A stretch of DNA of 64,000 bases from Minisyncoccota bacterium (GTDB taxonomy: Bacteria > Patescibacteriota > Minisyncoccia > Phycocordibacterales > UBA918): NCBI GenBank assembly GCA_021129515.1, contig JAJOLD010000001.1, positions 164,850-228,849 of the forward strand. The letters run 5' to 3'. Positions within the stretch are counted from its first letter, which is position 1; each line of letters starts with the position of its first letter. Both the position numbers and the translations under genes were made by a program. The notes under the pieces are model-generated. The model ran no database searches. It saw only the letters and a program-made list of their open reading frames with translations, and was not told the DNA's origin. Positions 29,482 to 39,837 of this stretch are shown here, piece after piece.

Positions 29482-30138
29482 CGAACTTAGTATGCCATGT
29501 ACAGTACCTATATTCTTAATATTCGTCTAATACATCTCATGGGGCATGGGGCAGACAAAGTAAAAAGGGTTGCGAAACGCAGCCCCGGTGAAAATGGGAA
29601 GTTCCCAATCGGCGATTGACCTTATGTAACAGCTCACACGAAACCGGACTTCCAGCGCCGGCTCGTCAATACTTTACTGACATTGGATTTCACTACTGAA
29701 TGATGCGGGTTCAAGACCCTTCGAACGCCACACTTGGCAGTGCAGCCAAAATTCAGCGATATTCCACACGGAACCAATGTCAATTGTGCACAAGCACATT
29801 AAAGTGATATGCGACCCCAGGGAACAAACCCATGTTCGATAGCACTCTATACATACAAACTATCAAGAACATATCGCTTCCTGTCCGCCATATTTTGAAT
29901 CTATGGAAATACTTAGTGAGCTACGCCGATTCCCTGTCAAAAAAGCAGGGTCGATTCAAAAAAATAGAAAATGGTGCCTGACTCCATCTTCCATTTTCTG
30001 GTGACCCCATTTTCCACTAAAATCCCACGAGGTGGAGGCTGCAGACTTGGACAGATTCTTGGATATAAAGCACACACTGCTTAGGAATAGTGTTCCTTTG
30101 TAAAAAATTCTCAGCTCACCCCATGCTACAATTCCCCC

Positions 30139-30495
30139 ATGGCACAACTACGAACACAAAAGCTTGCTGAAGAATACACGACCTACCGAAACACTTGGAC
30201 CGAAGAAACTGGTTGCGTGCTCTGTACCTGCGATGTCGCCAAGGAATTTACGTATTGGAAAATTTGTCCGGCGAAGTTCCCCTACGACCTCATTGCGTCT
30301 CGTCACGACATGCTCCTCCCGAAACGACACGTGACTGAGAACGGACTCACCGATGCAGAGCATGCAGAATATCTCGACATTAAACGCAACCATCTCAGCG
30401 ACTACGAGTTTGTTGTTGAAGGCACCTCACATACGCAAACCGTGCCGCAGCATTTTCACCAACATCTCCTCGTCATGAAAAAGATACCCGAATAA
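30139..30495 (+). CDS. HIT-family hydrolase
   Basis: histidine triad HFHQHLL near C-terminus, Cys-rich N-terminal CVLCTC. Confidence 0.55.
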   Translation: MAQLRTQKLAEEYTTYRNTWTEETGCVLCTCDVAKEFTYWKICPAKFPYDLIASRHDMLLPKRHVTENGLTDAEHAEYLDIKRNHLSDYEFVVEGTSHTQTVPQHFHQHLLVMKKIPE

Positions 30496-30530
30496 GAAAA
30501 AGAGTCGCAATTGCAACTCTTTTTCTTGCT

Positions 30531-31793
30531 CTACAACGTCCCCCGCAATTTCTCCGCCTCCACAATGCGTTCTATTGCGACTTCGTATGAAATGTCACGG
30601 AGGTTTTTTTCAGTGTCCTCCATGGCTGCAAGGAGCGCATCAAACGCTTGAATGATTTGTTTCTCTAATTTATCGTTGACCTCCTCCTCGCTCCACGATA
30701 CATGCTGGGTATTTTGTACCCATTCGTAGTAGCTCACAATCACACCACCCGCATTGGCAAGAATATCGGGAATGACCGTAATGCCCCGCTGCTCGAGGAT
30801 TGCGTCAGCCTCTTGGGTTACTGGTGCATTTGCCATTTCAAGAATGACCTTTGCGTTGATGCGTTCAGCATTTTCTTCCGTGATTTGGTGTGCGAGTGCT
30901 GAAGGAATCAAGATATCGACATCAAGCTCAAGTAGCTCTTCGTTTGAAATTTCTTCAACGTTCCCTACATCTGCAAGTGGCTCCCGTGCTGCCTGTGCTG
31001 CACGGAGTGCCGGCACATCGAGTCCGTCTTTGTTGTATACCCCACCCTTTGAGTTACTGACCACAACTACTCTGTATCCCCAATCAGTGAGAATACGCGC
31101 AATATGCCCACCCACGTTACCAAACCCTTGAATCGCAACGGTGAGTCCTTTTCCTTCTGCGTTCATCCCTTTCTTTTCGACAAAGTGCCGCAGCACAAAC
31201 GCACCACCCATTGAGGTAGCGGCATCACGCCCCAAAGAACCACCAAGCACAATCGGCTTCCCCGTCACGACTCCCGGCTGGAACTTCCCTTTTATTTTTG
31301 AATACTCGTCTACAATCCACGCCATGACTTGCGCGTTGGTGTTGACGTCAGGTGCGGGAATGTCGATATCAGGACCGATGAAGTTGTGTGCCTCTTCTAC
31401 AAACCCTCTGGTTAGTCGCTCAAGCTCCCCCATTGAGAGTTCGCGTGGATCTACGGCAATACCCCCCTTTGCACCACCAAGTGGCAGCCCCACCAATGAA
31501 CACTTGAGTGCCATAAGGAATGAGAGTGTCTTCACCTCATCGAGGTCAACTTCATGATGAAACCGGATACCGCCTTTGGTTGGACCAAGCGCATCGTTGT
31601 ATTGCACCCGGTACGCACTGAAGATTTTGACCGAACCATCGTCCATGCGAAGCGGGATACTGAAGGTCAATATACGTCGTGGTTGGTGGAGAATATCGTG
31701 CCCATTCGCTTCCAGATTCAGTTTTGCTGCAAGTGCTTCCATTCTACTTTTGCAGTCAATGCATACATTTTGATTTTCTTTGTGCTGGTCCAT
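30531..31793 (-). CDS. gdh: Glu/Leu/Phe/Val dehydrogenase family, glutamate dehydrogenase
   Basis: LGGAKGGI catalytic Lys motif, GFGNVG Rossmann, 420 aa. Confidence 0.95.
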   Translation of the reverse strand: MDQHKENQNVCIDCKSRMEALAAKLNLEANGHDILHQPRRILTFSIPLRMDDGSVKIFSAYRVQYNDALGPTKGGIRFHHEVDLDEVKTLSFLMALKCSLVGLPLGGAKGGIAVDPRELSMGELERLTRGFVEEAHNFIGPDIDIPAPDVNTNAQVMAWIVDEYSKIKGKFQPGVVTGKPIVLGGSLGRDAATSMGGAFVLRHFVEKKGMNAEGKGLTVAIQGFGNVGGHIARILTDWGYRVVVVSNSKGGVYNKDGLDVPALRAAQAAREPLADVGNVEEISNEELLELDVDILIPSALAHQITEENAERINAKVILEMANAPVTQEADAILEQRGITVIPDILANAGGVIVSYYEWVQNTQHVSWSEEEVNDKLEKQIIQAFDALLAAMEDTEKNLRDISYEVAIERIVEAEKLRGTL

Positions 31794-31959
31794 AGTATTG
31801 TCTGTTTAGGGAGTAATTCTACTAGAATACCACCGAGTATACTGTTCGGACAAATAAACCTATGTATGTATAGGTAATTTGGACAACATAGATTGACCTA
31901 ATCCGCACACTGCGATATTGTCAGGTTCGGTAGCACACAATTACAGCGGGGATATACTC

Positions 31960-32427
31960 ATGCATACACCATTCAAGCTGCTTTGCACACTTCCTGTTCC
32001 AACCACTGCCAATCAACATTTCTTGAAGCAAGTGTTTCATACGTTAGCAGATACATATATACCACGCAGAGAACAAGGTCTGCGTGTCGCGAGAGTTTCA
32101 GGTGCACTTACTTCTTTTGGAGACTTTGCAGAAAACCTGGAATTGTTCGAGTCAGGAGAACGATACTTTGAAGCCAAAGGATATATTGTCTGCAAGCTCT
32201 CCTATTGGGAAGAGAAAATTCACAAACGTGGTATTTCTGGCAAAGACGCCATGGAGCATTTACACGAACCTTTGTTGCGCTCAGGTATTATCACCGACCT
32301 AGGGTCATTGCCCAATTGGCACAAATCAAGAGGCGCACAAACTGAACACAAGATTGCATCTGAGCCAGACGTACCCGTTACAATCACCTATCTGGAATAC
32401 CAACAACTCCGTACACAAGTTGCATAA
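31960..32427 (+). CDS. hypothetical protein (longest ORF from 31918)
   Basis: GGGGA SD before ATG 31960; terminator follows. Confidence 0.4.
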   Translation: MHTPFKLLCTLPVPTTANQHFLKQVFHTLADTYIPRREQGLRVARVSGALTSFGDFAENLELFESGERYFEAKGYIVCKLSYWEEKIHKRGISGKDAMEHLHEPLLRSGIITDLGSLPNWHKSRGAQTEHKIASEPDVPVTITYLEYQQLRTQVA

Positions 32428-32446
32428 ATTCCTGTATAGAGGTGAA

Positions 32447-32478
32447 AAAAACCGCCGAACGTTTGTCGGTGGTTTTTT
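32447..32478 (+). terminator. rho-independent terminator (aaccgccgaacg-tttg-tcggtggtt + TTTTT)
   Basis: stem plus T tract. Confidence 0.55.
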
Positions 32479-32555
32479 CATGCAATGCGGTAGTGCCATA
32501 GGCTATACACGGCACACAACCACCGCACACACTATTCCATGGGACTGGGTGATTT

Positions 32556-33089
32556 GTGTATATCTGCCATACTTTCTATATGGACATACGCCCTGAGGGC
32601 ACAAAAGACTATGGTGCGATTCAGCACATACACGACCATGCATTTGGCAGTGCAGAGGAGAGCGCCCTTGTGCACACACTACGACAACATCCACTCTTTC
32701 TACCTGAACTCTCGCTTGTCGCTTCAGTGGAAGGAAAACTTGTTGGGCACATACTACTCTTTCCAGTCATCATTAAGAACAAGCACCAGAAACACCCAGC
32801 ACTTGCACTGGCGCCGATGGCAGTACTCCCCGCACACCAAAATGAGGGCATTGGCAGTGCACTTACACAACACGCCACCGAAGCAGCGCGCGCTGTTGGC
32901 TACACCGCTATCGTGGTACTTGGGTATCCCCAATATTACCCCCGTTTTGGGTTTAAACCTGCTGCATCGTTTAATATATTTCCCCCAGCGCGCGAGTGGT
33001 CAAGCGCTTTTTTTGTACTGGAACTTACCGGCGGTGCATTGGCTGATGTAAGTGGTGTGGTGCAATACCCGCCTGAGTTCGGTATCTAA
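32556..33089 (+). CDS. GNAT-family N-acetyltransferase
   Basis: acetyl-CoA binding QNEGIGSALTQHATEAARAVGY. Confidence 0.75.
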   Translation: MYICHTFYMDIRPEGTKDYGAIQHIHDHAFGSAEESALVHTLRQHPLFLPELSLVASVEGKLVGHILLFPVIIKNKHQKHPALALAPMAVLPAHQNEGIGSALTQHATEAARAVGYTAIVVLGYPQYYPRFGFKPAASFNIFPPAREWSSAFFVLELTGGALADVSGVVQYPPEFGI

Positions 33090-33271
33090 CAGTATAGAGA
33101 TAGCAAACACGCAGAACATGCAGTACATGCTATATGTATGTTGTACAGGTGCCTGTACGGGCACCTATGCTCATTACATTTCTGGATCGCCTGTCTGTTT
33201 GCCTGTGCGTATAGTTGACTTTTTGTAGTATATATTTCATAATTTTGTGCAGAACATATGAGGACAGCCAC

Positions 33272-33913
33272 ATGAATCCAAGGATCTATACCCCACTCCT
33301 ATTTGTGGGGATACGCCCTGGCGTTATAGAAAACAACAACGCCATACTCACTCTCGCTAAAATGTATCAACCAAAAGCAATTGCCTTTGATTGGCCCACT
33401 GCCTGGCAAACACTCTTCGAACAGCACAGAGATTGGATGGTCCCTGCATCAATAACAAACCATCCATGCAACGACGGACACTTAATCCACCAGTGCCAAA
33501 CGCTCATTGCAGCACTACAAGAAACACACGAGCTCCTATGCCTTGACGACTCGGTAGAGACGAGTAGGACACCTGACATGGCATTACGAAGGAACATATA
33601 TGCCTGCGAGAGGTACGAACGAACACTGGTGGTTATAGACTACGCGCAGGCGTCTAAAAAACTATTTCCATTACAAAACCGTCCTGCTCCGATAGCCTCA
33701 TTCTTTCGACATAAGGCAACATCGGTCGGTGTACACTACGCCGGCGGTTCGTATTACAAACAGGGTGAGCGGCAACCATTTTTACCAACACAAGCGTCAT
33801 GTCCCAGCAACACACTCATACCGTGCAATGGTGATACTGGCTATGATTATGCTTTTCAGATTCCATTTGGTACGGCAGGCACCATACCCACTGCAGCCTC
33901 GCAGCTCTTTTAA
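33272..33913 (+). CDS. hypothetical protein (longest ORF from 33215)
   Basis: AGGA SD 10 nt upstream of ATG 33272. Confidence 0.4.
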   Translation: MNPRIYTPLLFVGIRPGVIENNNAILTLAKMYQPKAIAFDWPTAWQTLFEQHRDWMVPASITNHPCNDGHLIHQCQTLIAALQETHELLCLDDSVETSRTPDMALRRNIYACERYERTLVVIDYAQASKKLFPLQNRPAPIASFFRHKATSVGVHYAGGSYYKQGERQPFLPTQASCPSNTLIPCNGDTGYDYAFQIPFGTAGTIPTAASQLF

Positions 33914-33944
33914 CACCCAGCCCCTCTTCTATGAGGGGCTGTGC

Positions 33945-34604
33945 TTATACTATATGGGACACATCATTTTCACGTACTAATTCCCAGTCGCATGTGCCAG
34001 GTTTTGCATCATCGTCATAGAAGAGTGTGGTCACCGCAGTGTTGGGCACACGAGAAAATGGAGAAAAAATCGGTATATAGTCGAGCCACTTCCGCGGACC
34101 GATACTACACAGTGCCCCACGCAATATTTCAATAAAAAGGGCATGTGAAAATACCGCGATACTGGTTGGTCTGTTTTTGCGTTTACGCGACAACTGCTCA
34201 AGCTGCGCCACGACGTCCTCTGCCCGTTTACGCACCTCAAAAATAGATTCACCATCTTCAAAGTGCCATTGTGGGTCTGTTCTATGTTTCAATGATTGCA
34301 ACACATATCGCACTGTTTTGGGACGAAAATGTGAGGTACCAAAAAGTGCAGACGGTCTGCGGAGTTCTCGCAACGTATCGGTATAGGTGATAGGCACGTC
34401 AAGAGTATGGGTTGCAATTTCAGCTGTTTGTCGCGCACGCGCAAGATCACTCGAAAGCACCAAATCAACTTCAAGCGACTCCAACACAGGCGCCAATGCA
34501 CGCGCTTGTTTTTGCCCCACCGCTGATAGCTCAGACTGTGCGGGTTGATGTATATGCTTTTGGTTCAGCTCAGTTTCACCGTGACGAATAAGATGCACCC
34601 TCAT
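33945..34604 (-). CDS. histidine phosphatase (phosphoglycerate mutase family)
   Basis: RHGE catalytic motif at N-terminus (VHLIRHGETELN). Confidence 0.75.
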   Translation of the reverse strand: MRVHLIRHGETELNQKHIHQPAQSELSAVGQKQARALAPVLESLEVDLVLSSDLARARQTAEIATHTLDVPITYTDTLRELRRPSALFGTSHFRPKTVRYVLQSLKHRTDPQWHFEDGESIFEVRKRAEDVVAQLEQLSRKRKNRPTSIAVFSHALFIEILRGALCSIGPRKWLDYIPIFSPFSRVPNTAVTTLFYDDDAKPGTCDWELVRENDVSHIV

Positions 34605-34622
34605 AGATAGCTCTATAGTACG

Positions 34623-35678
34623 CTATGCAGCAGACTTTTCACCCAAGATATCTACAATCGCAATTTCAAGTGGTAGTTGCGGCAGGAACGACTTCCCTGT
34701 TTGCTCAGCCGCTTCAAGCAAACGCAGCAGCAGGTGTGAGTGAATATGTGAACCGGTCTTCTCTGCATATGCCTTGAGGAGTGCACGGTCGTCTTCTGCG
34801 TACTGCTCAAGCAGCATGTCGGCATCGGCTTGGTTATGGCGAATGAGTATGACTGCGCGCACACGTTCTAAAAGGAGTTTCATAAAAAGCTTCATATCAA
34901 CGTGTGCTGACACCGCGCTTCCCACAGCATGCAGTGCTTTTTCTGTACTACCGCTATCAAATGCTTCGAGAATATCCATTAAGAGCACATTCTTTGGCGC
35001 ACCGAGAATTGACGCTACTTCATCTGCACCAGCGAGCTTGTCGCCTGAGGCAAGCATGACCTTCTGTGTAATGCCGAGCGCGTCACGAAACGACCCATCC
35101 GCTGCAATCGCAACCATGTCAGCTGCCTGTGGGTCCATGTTGAATTTCTCTTTACGTGCAATATCAAACACGGTATCGCGAAGTACCGCACGGGTCGGCG
35201 CACGAAACTGAAATACCTGACACCGAGAAGTGATGGTATCGAGCAACTTGTCTTGCTCGGTTGTCGCAAGGATAAAGACGACGTGTGCAGGAGGTTCCTC
35301 AAGGGTCTTCAGCAGTGCATTGAATGCCTCTTTGGTGAGCATGTGCACCTCGTCAATAATGTATACCTTGTATGGCGATTCGTATGGGAGTGTATGCACG
35401 GCGTCGCGCAGCTCGCGGATGTCATCGATACCACGGTTAGATGCAGCGTCAATTTCATAAATATCAACCTCAGCAACGCCTATTTCTCGTGCAAAAATGC
35501 GTGCCACTGAGGTCTTTCCGGTACCTCGAGAGCCGGTAAACAAGAGCGCATGCGGAATAGTCTTCTTGGCAATTGCTCCTTCTAAGATAGAAACAATATG
35601 GTCTTGATTACGCACGTCCGCAAATGCCTCCGGACGATACTTTCTATACAATGCAGTCGGTTCATTATTCATGCCCAT
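34623..35678 (-). CDS. dnaX: DNA polymerase III subunit gamma/tau, short
   Basis: AAA+ Walker A GSRGTGKTS, DEVHML Walker B, SRC motif TITSRCQ. Confidence 0.9.
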   Translation of the reverse strand: MGMNNEPTALYRKYRPEAFADVRNQDHIVSILEGAIAKKTIPHALLFTGSRGTGKTSVARIFAREIGVAEVDIYEIDAASNRGIDDIRELRDAVHTLPYESPYKVYIIDEVHMLTKEAFNALLKTLEEPPAHVVFILATTEQDKLLDTITSRCQVFQFRAPTRAVLRDTVFDIARKEKFNMDPQAADMVAIAADGSFRDALGITQKVMLASGDKLAGADEVASILGAPKNVLLMDILEAFDSGSTEKALHAVGSAVSAHVDMKLFMKLLLERVRAVILIRHNQADADMLLEQYAEDDRALLKAYAEKTGSHIHSHLLLRLLEAAEQTGKSFLPQLPLEIAIVDILGEKSAA

Positions 35679-35741
35679 CAGTATACCAGAGCATAGCGGT
35701 ATCGAATATCCTCACCCGCTCTTTGTCACATCTAGCATATT

Positions 35742-35767
35742 AGTATGACGTTACATTGTATCATACT
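35742..35767. promoter_or_regulatory. 26-bp palindromic motif site 2, in dnaX upstream region
   Basis: identical to site 1. Confidence 0.6.
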
Positions 35768-35806
35768 ATCGAGATGTGGAGATGTAGTGCCTTTGTATAT
35801 TTTGTT

Positions 35807-36643
35807 TCACGGTACAGAAACCACTTCCTCGCCCAGAAGCACGCGCGCATCGCGTACGAGGTCACTACTCCCAAGCAATACAAGCACCACCTCGGCGCCA
35901 TCAGGCATATGGAATATGCCTACAAACGTACGGCCTGCAGCACTGGTGAAGCCGTGTTTCCCACCTTGATATCCTATCGATGTATAGAGCGGGCTATTGT
36001 TGCGCCAGCCATTGTCTTCCCCAACGTACAGTGAGAGTCGCGTAATGTCGAGTACATAGGGATATGCATCATGCATGTGCTGCACGAACGACGCCACGTC
36101 AGCAACGGAAGAAACGTTATTGTTACTGAGCCCTGATGCATCTGCAATTGTTGTGGCGTCCAAACTTATGTCATCTGCCACCTGCGCAACACGCGCTGCA
36201 AAGCGATTGCCGAGGATACGCGCAATTGCTTCTCCGGCATCATTTGAAGACTCGAGCAGTAGCGGAAACAATAGTTCACGGAGTGTGAACGTATCGCCAT
36301 GCGCAAACCTTCCCGCGCGCCCGTGTGTTTCTAAATCATGCCAGTTAATGATCACCGTCTCGTCATAGCTGTCGGTTGCGGCAACTGCGTATGCGGTAAA
36401 CAACTTTGTGATAGATGCAATAGGCAGCACTGCTTCTGTGTTATGTCCTGAAAGCAGTTTGTTTGTGCGTGCATCATAGAGCCCCCACGCTGTAGCACTT
36501 ACCGGCAACTCGGCTCTGTCTTCGTACAGCGCGTACGGATTGGATGGCGTAGGCACTGCATAGGTGTCACTACTCGCAAGAAAAAAGAATCCTGTCCCGA
36601 GCATGAGTGTGAAAACCAGTAACCATTTGAAGAAGCCGTGCAT
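35807..36643 (-). CDS. D-alanyl-D-alanine carboxypeptidase (S11 penicillin-binding protein)
   Basis: signal peptide, SxxK motif SITKLFTAY, SxN, KTG-like. Confidence 0.8.
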   Translation of the reverse strand: MHGFFKWLLVFTLMLGTGFFFLASSDTYAVPTPSNPYALYEDRAELPVSATAWGLYDARTNKLLSGHNTEAVLPIASITKLFTAYAVAATDSYDETVIINWHDLETHGRAGRFAHGDTFTLRELLFPLLLESSNDAGEAIARILGNRFAARVAQVADDISLDATTIADASGLSNNNVSSVADVASFVQHMHDAYPYVLDITRLSLYVGEDNGWRNNSPLYTSIGYQGGKHGFTSAAGRTFVGIFHMPDGAEVVLVLLGSSDLVRDARVLLGEEVVSVP

Positions 36644-36695
36644 ATTAAAAGCATACCGCGCCCGAAGGGCGCGGTATGCTTGGTGTGTTAATTAT

Positions 36696-37199
36696 TTATT
36701 TCTTTGCCTTTTTCTTGCTTGTCCGTGCAGCCTTGGCTGCTTTAGGAGTAGTCTTCTTTGCTGATTTTTTAGCCGCTTTTTTGGTTGCCTTTTTTGCAGC
36801 CTTTTTCTTTACTGTCTTCTTGGCTGTTTTCTTTCCAGAAGCCTTTGCCTTCCGCTTTGGACCACTCTTCATAATGCCATTCCAGTGTCCACGCATTTCT
36901 TCTTCAAATTCTTTAAGCTCTTTCTTAGTCAATGACTGTGCCTTACCGTAGGTCTTCATAACCCCACCGATGAGCGCCTGATACTCTTCTTCAGTAATCT
37001 GCTCTGCATTTTCAAGCGCTTCAAGCACCTCAGCCTTTGCCTTGAGCATCCAGCTCTTTACCTTCTTTCGATTCTTCTTTGCATCCTTACTCCCGTACAA
37101 AAAATACGCACCTGCTGCTGCCACGGCAGCGGTGGTGAGTCCTACACCAATACCAATTTTTTGTACTGATGACATTTCGTCCTTAGCCTTACGAGCCAT
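36696..37199 (-). CDS. histone H1-like Lys/Ala-rich protein with N-terminal membrane-anchored helical domain
   Basis: C-terminal KKAAKKATKKAAKKSAKK repeats. Confidence 0.5.
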   Translation of the reverse strand: MARKAKDEMSSVQKIGIGVGLTTAAVAAAGAYFLYGSKDAKKNRKKVKSWMLKAKAEVLEALENAEQITEEEYQALIGGVMKTYGKAQSLTKKELKEFEEEMRGHWNGIMKSGPKRKAKASGKKTAKKTVKKKAAKKATKKAAKKSAKKTTPKAAKAARTSKKKAKK

Positions 37200-37212
37200 A
37201 GTGTATTTAAAT

Positions 37213-37539
37213 TTAGTCTTCGTCTTTTATAACTAATCGTGTACCAGAGGAGTGCTTCTTTGAATCACTTTTTTTTGTAAATCCAATGTGCGCACCACGG
37301 TTTAAGATAAATGAGAACAGTTGTGAGACAAAACCGCCATTTGCAACAAACGAACGGAGGTTGCTCACATCTTCGGCAATTACTTCACTCCCTGCTTCAA
37401 TGCGATCAATAATATTCTGTACTGATTTAAGAATTTTAATGACATGGTAGATTGCGATACAAAGCAGGAGCGTAAAAACAATCACTGCAATGCTTGTCAC
37501 AAAGAAAAATATATTTGCATGAAGTACCTCACTCATCAC
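37213..37539 (-). CDS. small membrane-anchored coiled-coil protein (DUF948-like)
   Basis: N-terminal TM + helical region. Confidence 0.35.
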   Translation of the reverse strand: MMSEVLHANIFFFVTSIAVIVFTLLLCIAIYHVIKILKSVQNIIDRIEAGSEVIAEDVSNLRSFVANGGFVSQLFSFILNRGAHIGFTKKSDSKKHSSGTRLVIKDED

Positions 37540-38620
37540 TATTTAGTGTACCAGAGGAATTGAGAATGTCGCGAGGTACCTGTTGAACAAACCGATCAAC
37601 GATTGCAGCAACCTCATCAGGTGTATTGGTCTCCATGAGTGCCGCACGCAACTGACTCGCTCCGGGGAACCCATGCACATATGCTTTATAGTGTTTCTTC
37701 ATGATTGCAAAATTTTTAAACGGTAGGAGTTCCACAAAAAGAGCGGTATGTTCGACCATGACGCGGAGGCGTTCACGGAGAGAGATTACCTCATGTTCAG
37801 TTTCGTTTGTCGACGCCGTCGACAAAGCCATGTGCTCAGGAAGGCACTTTGAGGGGTGGAAAAGCCACGGGTTGCCGAATATAGCCCTCCCCAACATCGC
37901 GCCATCAGCACCACTCTCAGCAATTCGTGTATGCGCATCCTCGAGTGAAGTAACATCACCATTACCAAAAATAAGTGTCTCGCTGCCGAGTGCGTCACGA
38001 ATCTCAACCGCTCGAGCAATGCGCTCCCATCGAGCAGGTACCTTCGAAAGTTCTTTACGGGTCCGGGCATGGAGTGTGAGTACTGCTGGTTCTTCTGCCA
38101 AGATCTCGGGTACCCAGGTTTCGATTTCGTCAACGTTGTATCCCAAGCGTGTTTTGACCGACACCGGAAGCGAACCCGCGCCGCGCTTTGCTGCACGAAT
38201 GACTGCTCGTGCTTTCTTAGGGCCTTTAATCATTGCTGAGCCACACCCTTGTTTTTCTATCGTACGCGCAGGGCACCCCATATTTAAGTCGATACCATCA
38301 AATCCAAGATCAGCAGCAAGTTTTGCAGCCGCTTCCATATATTCCTCATTACTGGAAAAGAGCTGTGCCACAATTGGTCGCTCTTCCTCCGTATACATAA
38401 GGTCTGCCATGAGTTTCTCCTTCCCCTCAGGGGTCGCACGCATAAGCCCATCAGCCGCAACAAACTCAGTCCAGGTAACATCGGGACCACCAACAGTGCC
38501 GTCTTTCCGTGTGTGTGCTGAGTACTTTGCGATCATACGCCTAAATGGCGCGTCGGTGACGTCTGCCATCGGCGCAAGAACCATAATCGGTTTTGGGAGT
38601 TTCTTCCAGAAATGAGACAT
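37529..38620 (-). CDS. dus: tRNA-dihydrouridine synthase
   Basis: TIM-barrel FMN motifs; MGCPA active-site Cys region. Confidence 0.85.
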   Translation of the reverse strand: MSHFWKKLPKPIMVLAPMADVTDAPFRRMIAKYSAHTRKDGTVGGPDVTWTEFVAADGLMRATPEGKEKLMADLMYTEEERPIVAQLFSSNEEYMEAAAKLAADLGFDGIDLNMGCPARTIEKQGCGSAMIKGPKKARAVIRAAKRGAGSLPVSVKTRLGYNVDEIETWVPEILAEEPAVLTLHARTRKELSKVPARWERIARAVEIRDALGSETLIFGNGDVTSLEDAHTRIAESGADGAMLGRAIFGNPWLFHPSKCLPEHMALSTASTNETEHEVISLRERLRVMVEHTALFVELLPFKNFAIMKKHYKAYVHGFPGASQLRAALMETNTPDEVAAIVDRFVQQVPRDILNSSGTLNSDE

Positions 38621-38693
38621 AGATTAGATATTGCACAACAATATATCGTGTAGTACTGTACCCTAGGCAACCAGAAACTCAAGAGGTTGGGTT

Positions 38694-38930
38694 ATGAAAA
38701 ACACAGCATTCACCTATTTTATAACGAGCTTTCTCCTCATGATGGTGTTTGTATTTCGGTTTGTATGCTGCAATGAAGACATGCAGCTTATCGAAAAACT
38801 GTTGGCAGTGGTTTCCATGAGTATTGTATGCTTAGCTATGCCTCGCATTGCCTATGTATACGTCGAAGCACGAAGGAATCGCACACACGTATGTGCGCCC
38901 CCAAGCACACACGAAAAACCAACATCATAG
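38694..38930 (+). CDS. hypothetical small membrane protein
   Basis: AGAGGTTGG SD; two hydrophobic helices. Confidence 0.35.
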   Translation: MKNTAFTYFITSFLLMMVFVFRFVCCNEDMQLIEKLLAVVSMSIVCLAMPRIAYVYVEARRNRTHVCAPPSTHEKPTS

Positions 38931-38943
38931 TACAGAGACAGCA

Positions 38944-39831
38944 TTAGTTATCTGCCGCTTCATCTGCATTCATTGCCTCCACACTACTGGAGGCAATTTC
39001 TTCTTCTATACCTTCATGTACAAACACTTTGTTACCAAAGCGAAGATCAATATAATCAAAATTTCCAGGAGCAATATGCGCAAACTCAGGTGCGGAGAGT
39101 AGTGCAACTATATTTTCAAATACTGCTGTTGCCGGCATGGTGTTATTAACCAAAAATTGCCCGCCACCACTGAGTCGATAGGCTATGTCTGTTTCGTTAC
39201 TATGCGTAGCACCAAGCACGCGAAAAGGATACTGCGATTCTAGCAGCGCAATAAATGTCTCCATGTTTTCAAGCGAGGCAGCATCAAATATATGGGTACG
39301 GTTTGTCAGCTCCGCTGCTTCTACCACATGGCGCATAAACGCACCGCCGCGCATTGGGGGTGCTGGCGAGAACGCATAGCCCGTGTCATCGACAAAGAGA
39401 CACCGTGCGGTGCGCGTTTCATTTTCACACCACAATGCATACGGTATGTATTCTTCAAAAGAAATAGCAAGCGTGTTGTTGCCCTCGCGCTGTATCACCA
39501 GCGAGTGAATGCGAGTCTCGTGACGCAAGGCTTCCTGTATCTGTTCATGCGGATAGAGATACGTAAACGTACGGGGTACGACTAAAAAATAGGTACCCGC
39601 AAGCTGCGCTTCAACCATACCTCGGATTTTTGTGTGTGAGACGGTCTCACCTCCCGTAATATGGATATCGGTAATGGTAAAGAATGGCAGGCGAGTCACA
39701 TACCACGTACCCACACACAACAACAGGAGCAGGCTCATACCAAGACCTCCCCATAACAACTGACGCCCCATACTCGGTGCTGTGGTACGCCGTGCTCGAC
39801 CCGTATGCTGTCTACGCCATAGTCGCTGCAT
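38944..39831 (-). CDS. FtsQ/DivIB-like cell-division protein (TM + POTRA)
   Basis: N-terminal basic tail, TM, POTRA-like FFTITDIHITGGETVSHTKI. Confidence 0.45.
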   Translation of the reverse strand: MQRLWRRQHTGRARRTTAPSMGRQLLWGGLGMSLLLLLCVGTWYVTRLPFFTITDIHITGGETVSHTKIRGMVEAQLAGTYFLVVPRTFTYLYPHEQIQEALRHETRIHSLVIQREGNNTLAISFEEYIPYALWCENETRTARCLFVDDTGYAFSPAPPMRGGAFMRHVVEAAELTNRTHIFDAASLENMETFIALLESQYPFRVLGATHSNETDIAYRLSGGGQFLVNNTMPATAVFENIVALLSAPEFAHIAPGNFDYIDLRFGNKVFVHEGIEEEIASSSVEAMNADEAADN

Positions 39832-39837
39832 TACCTT

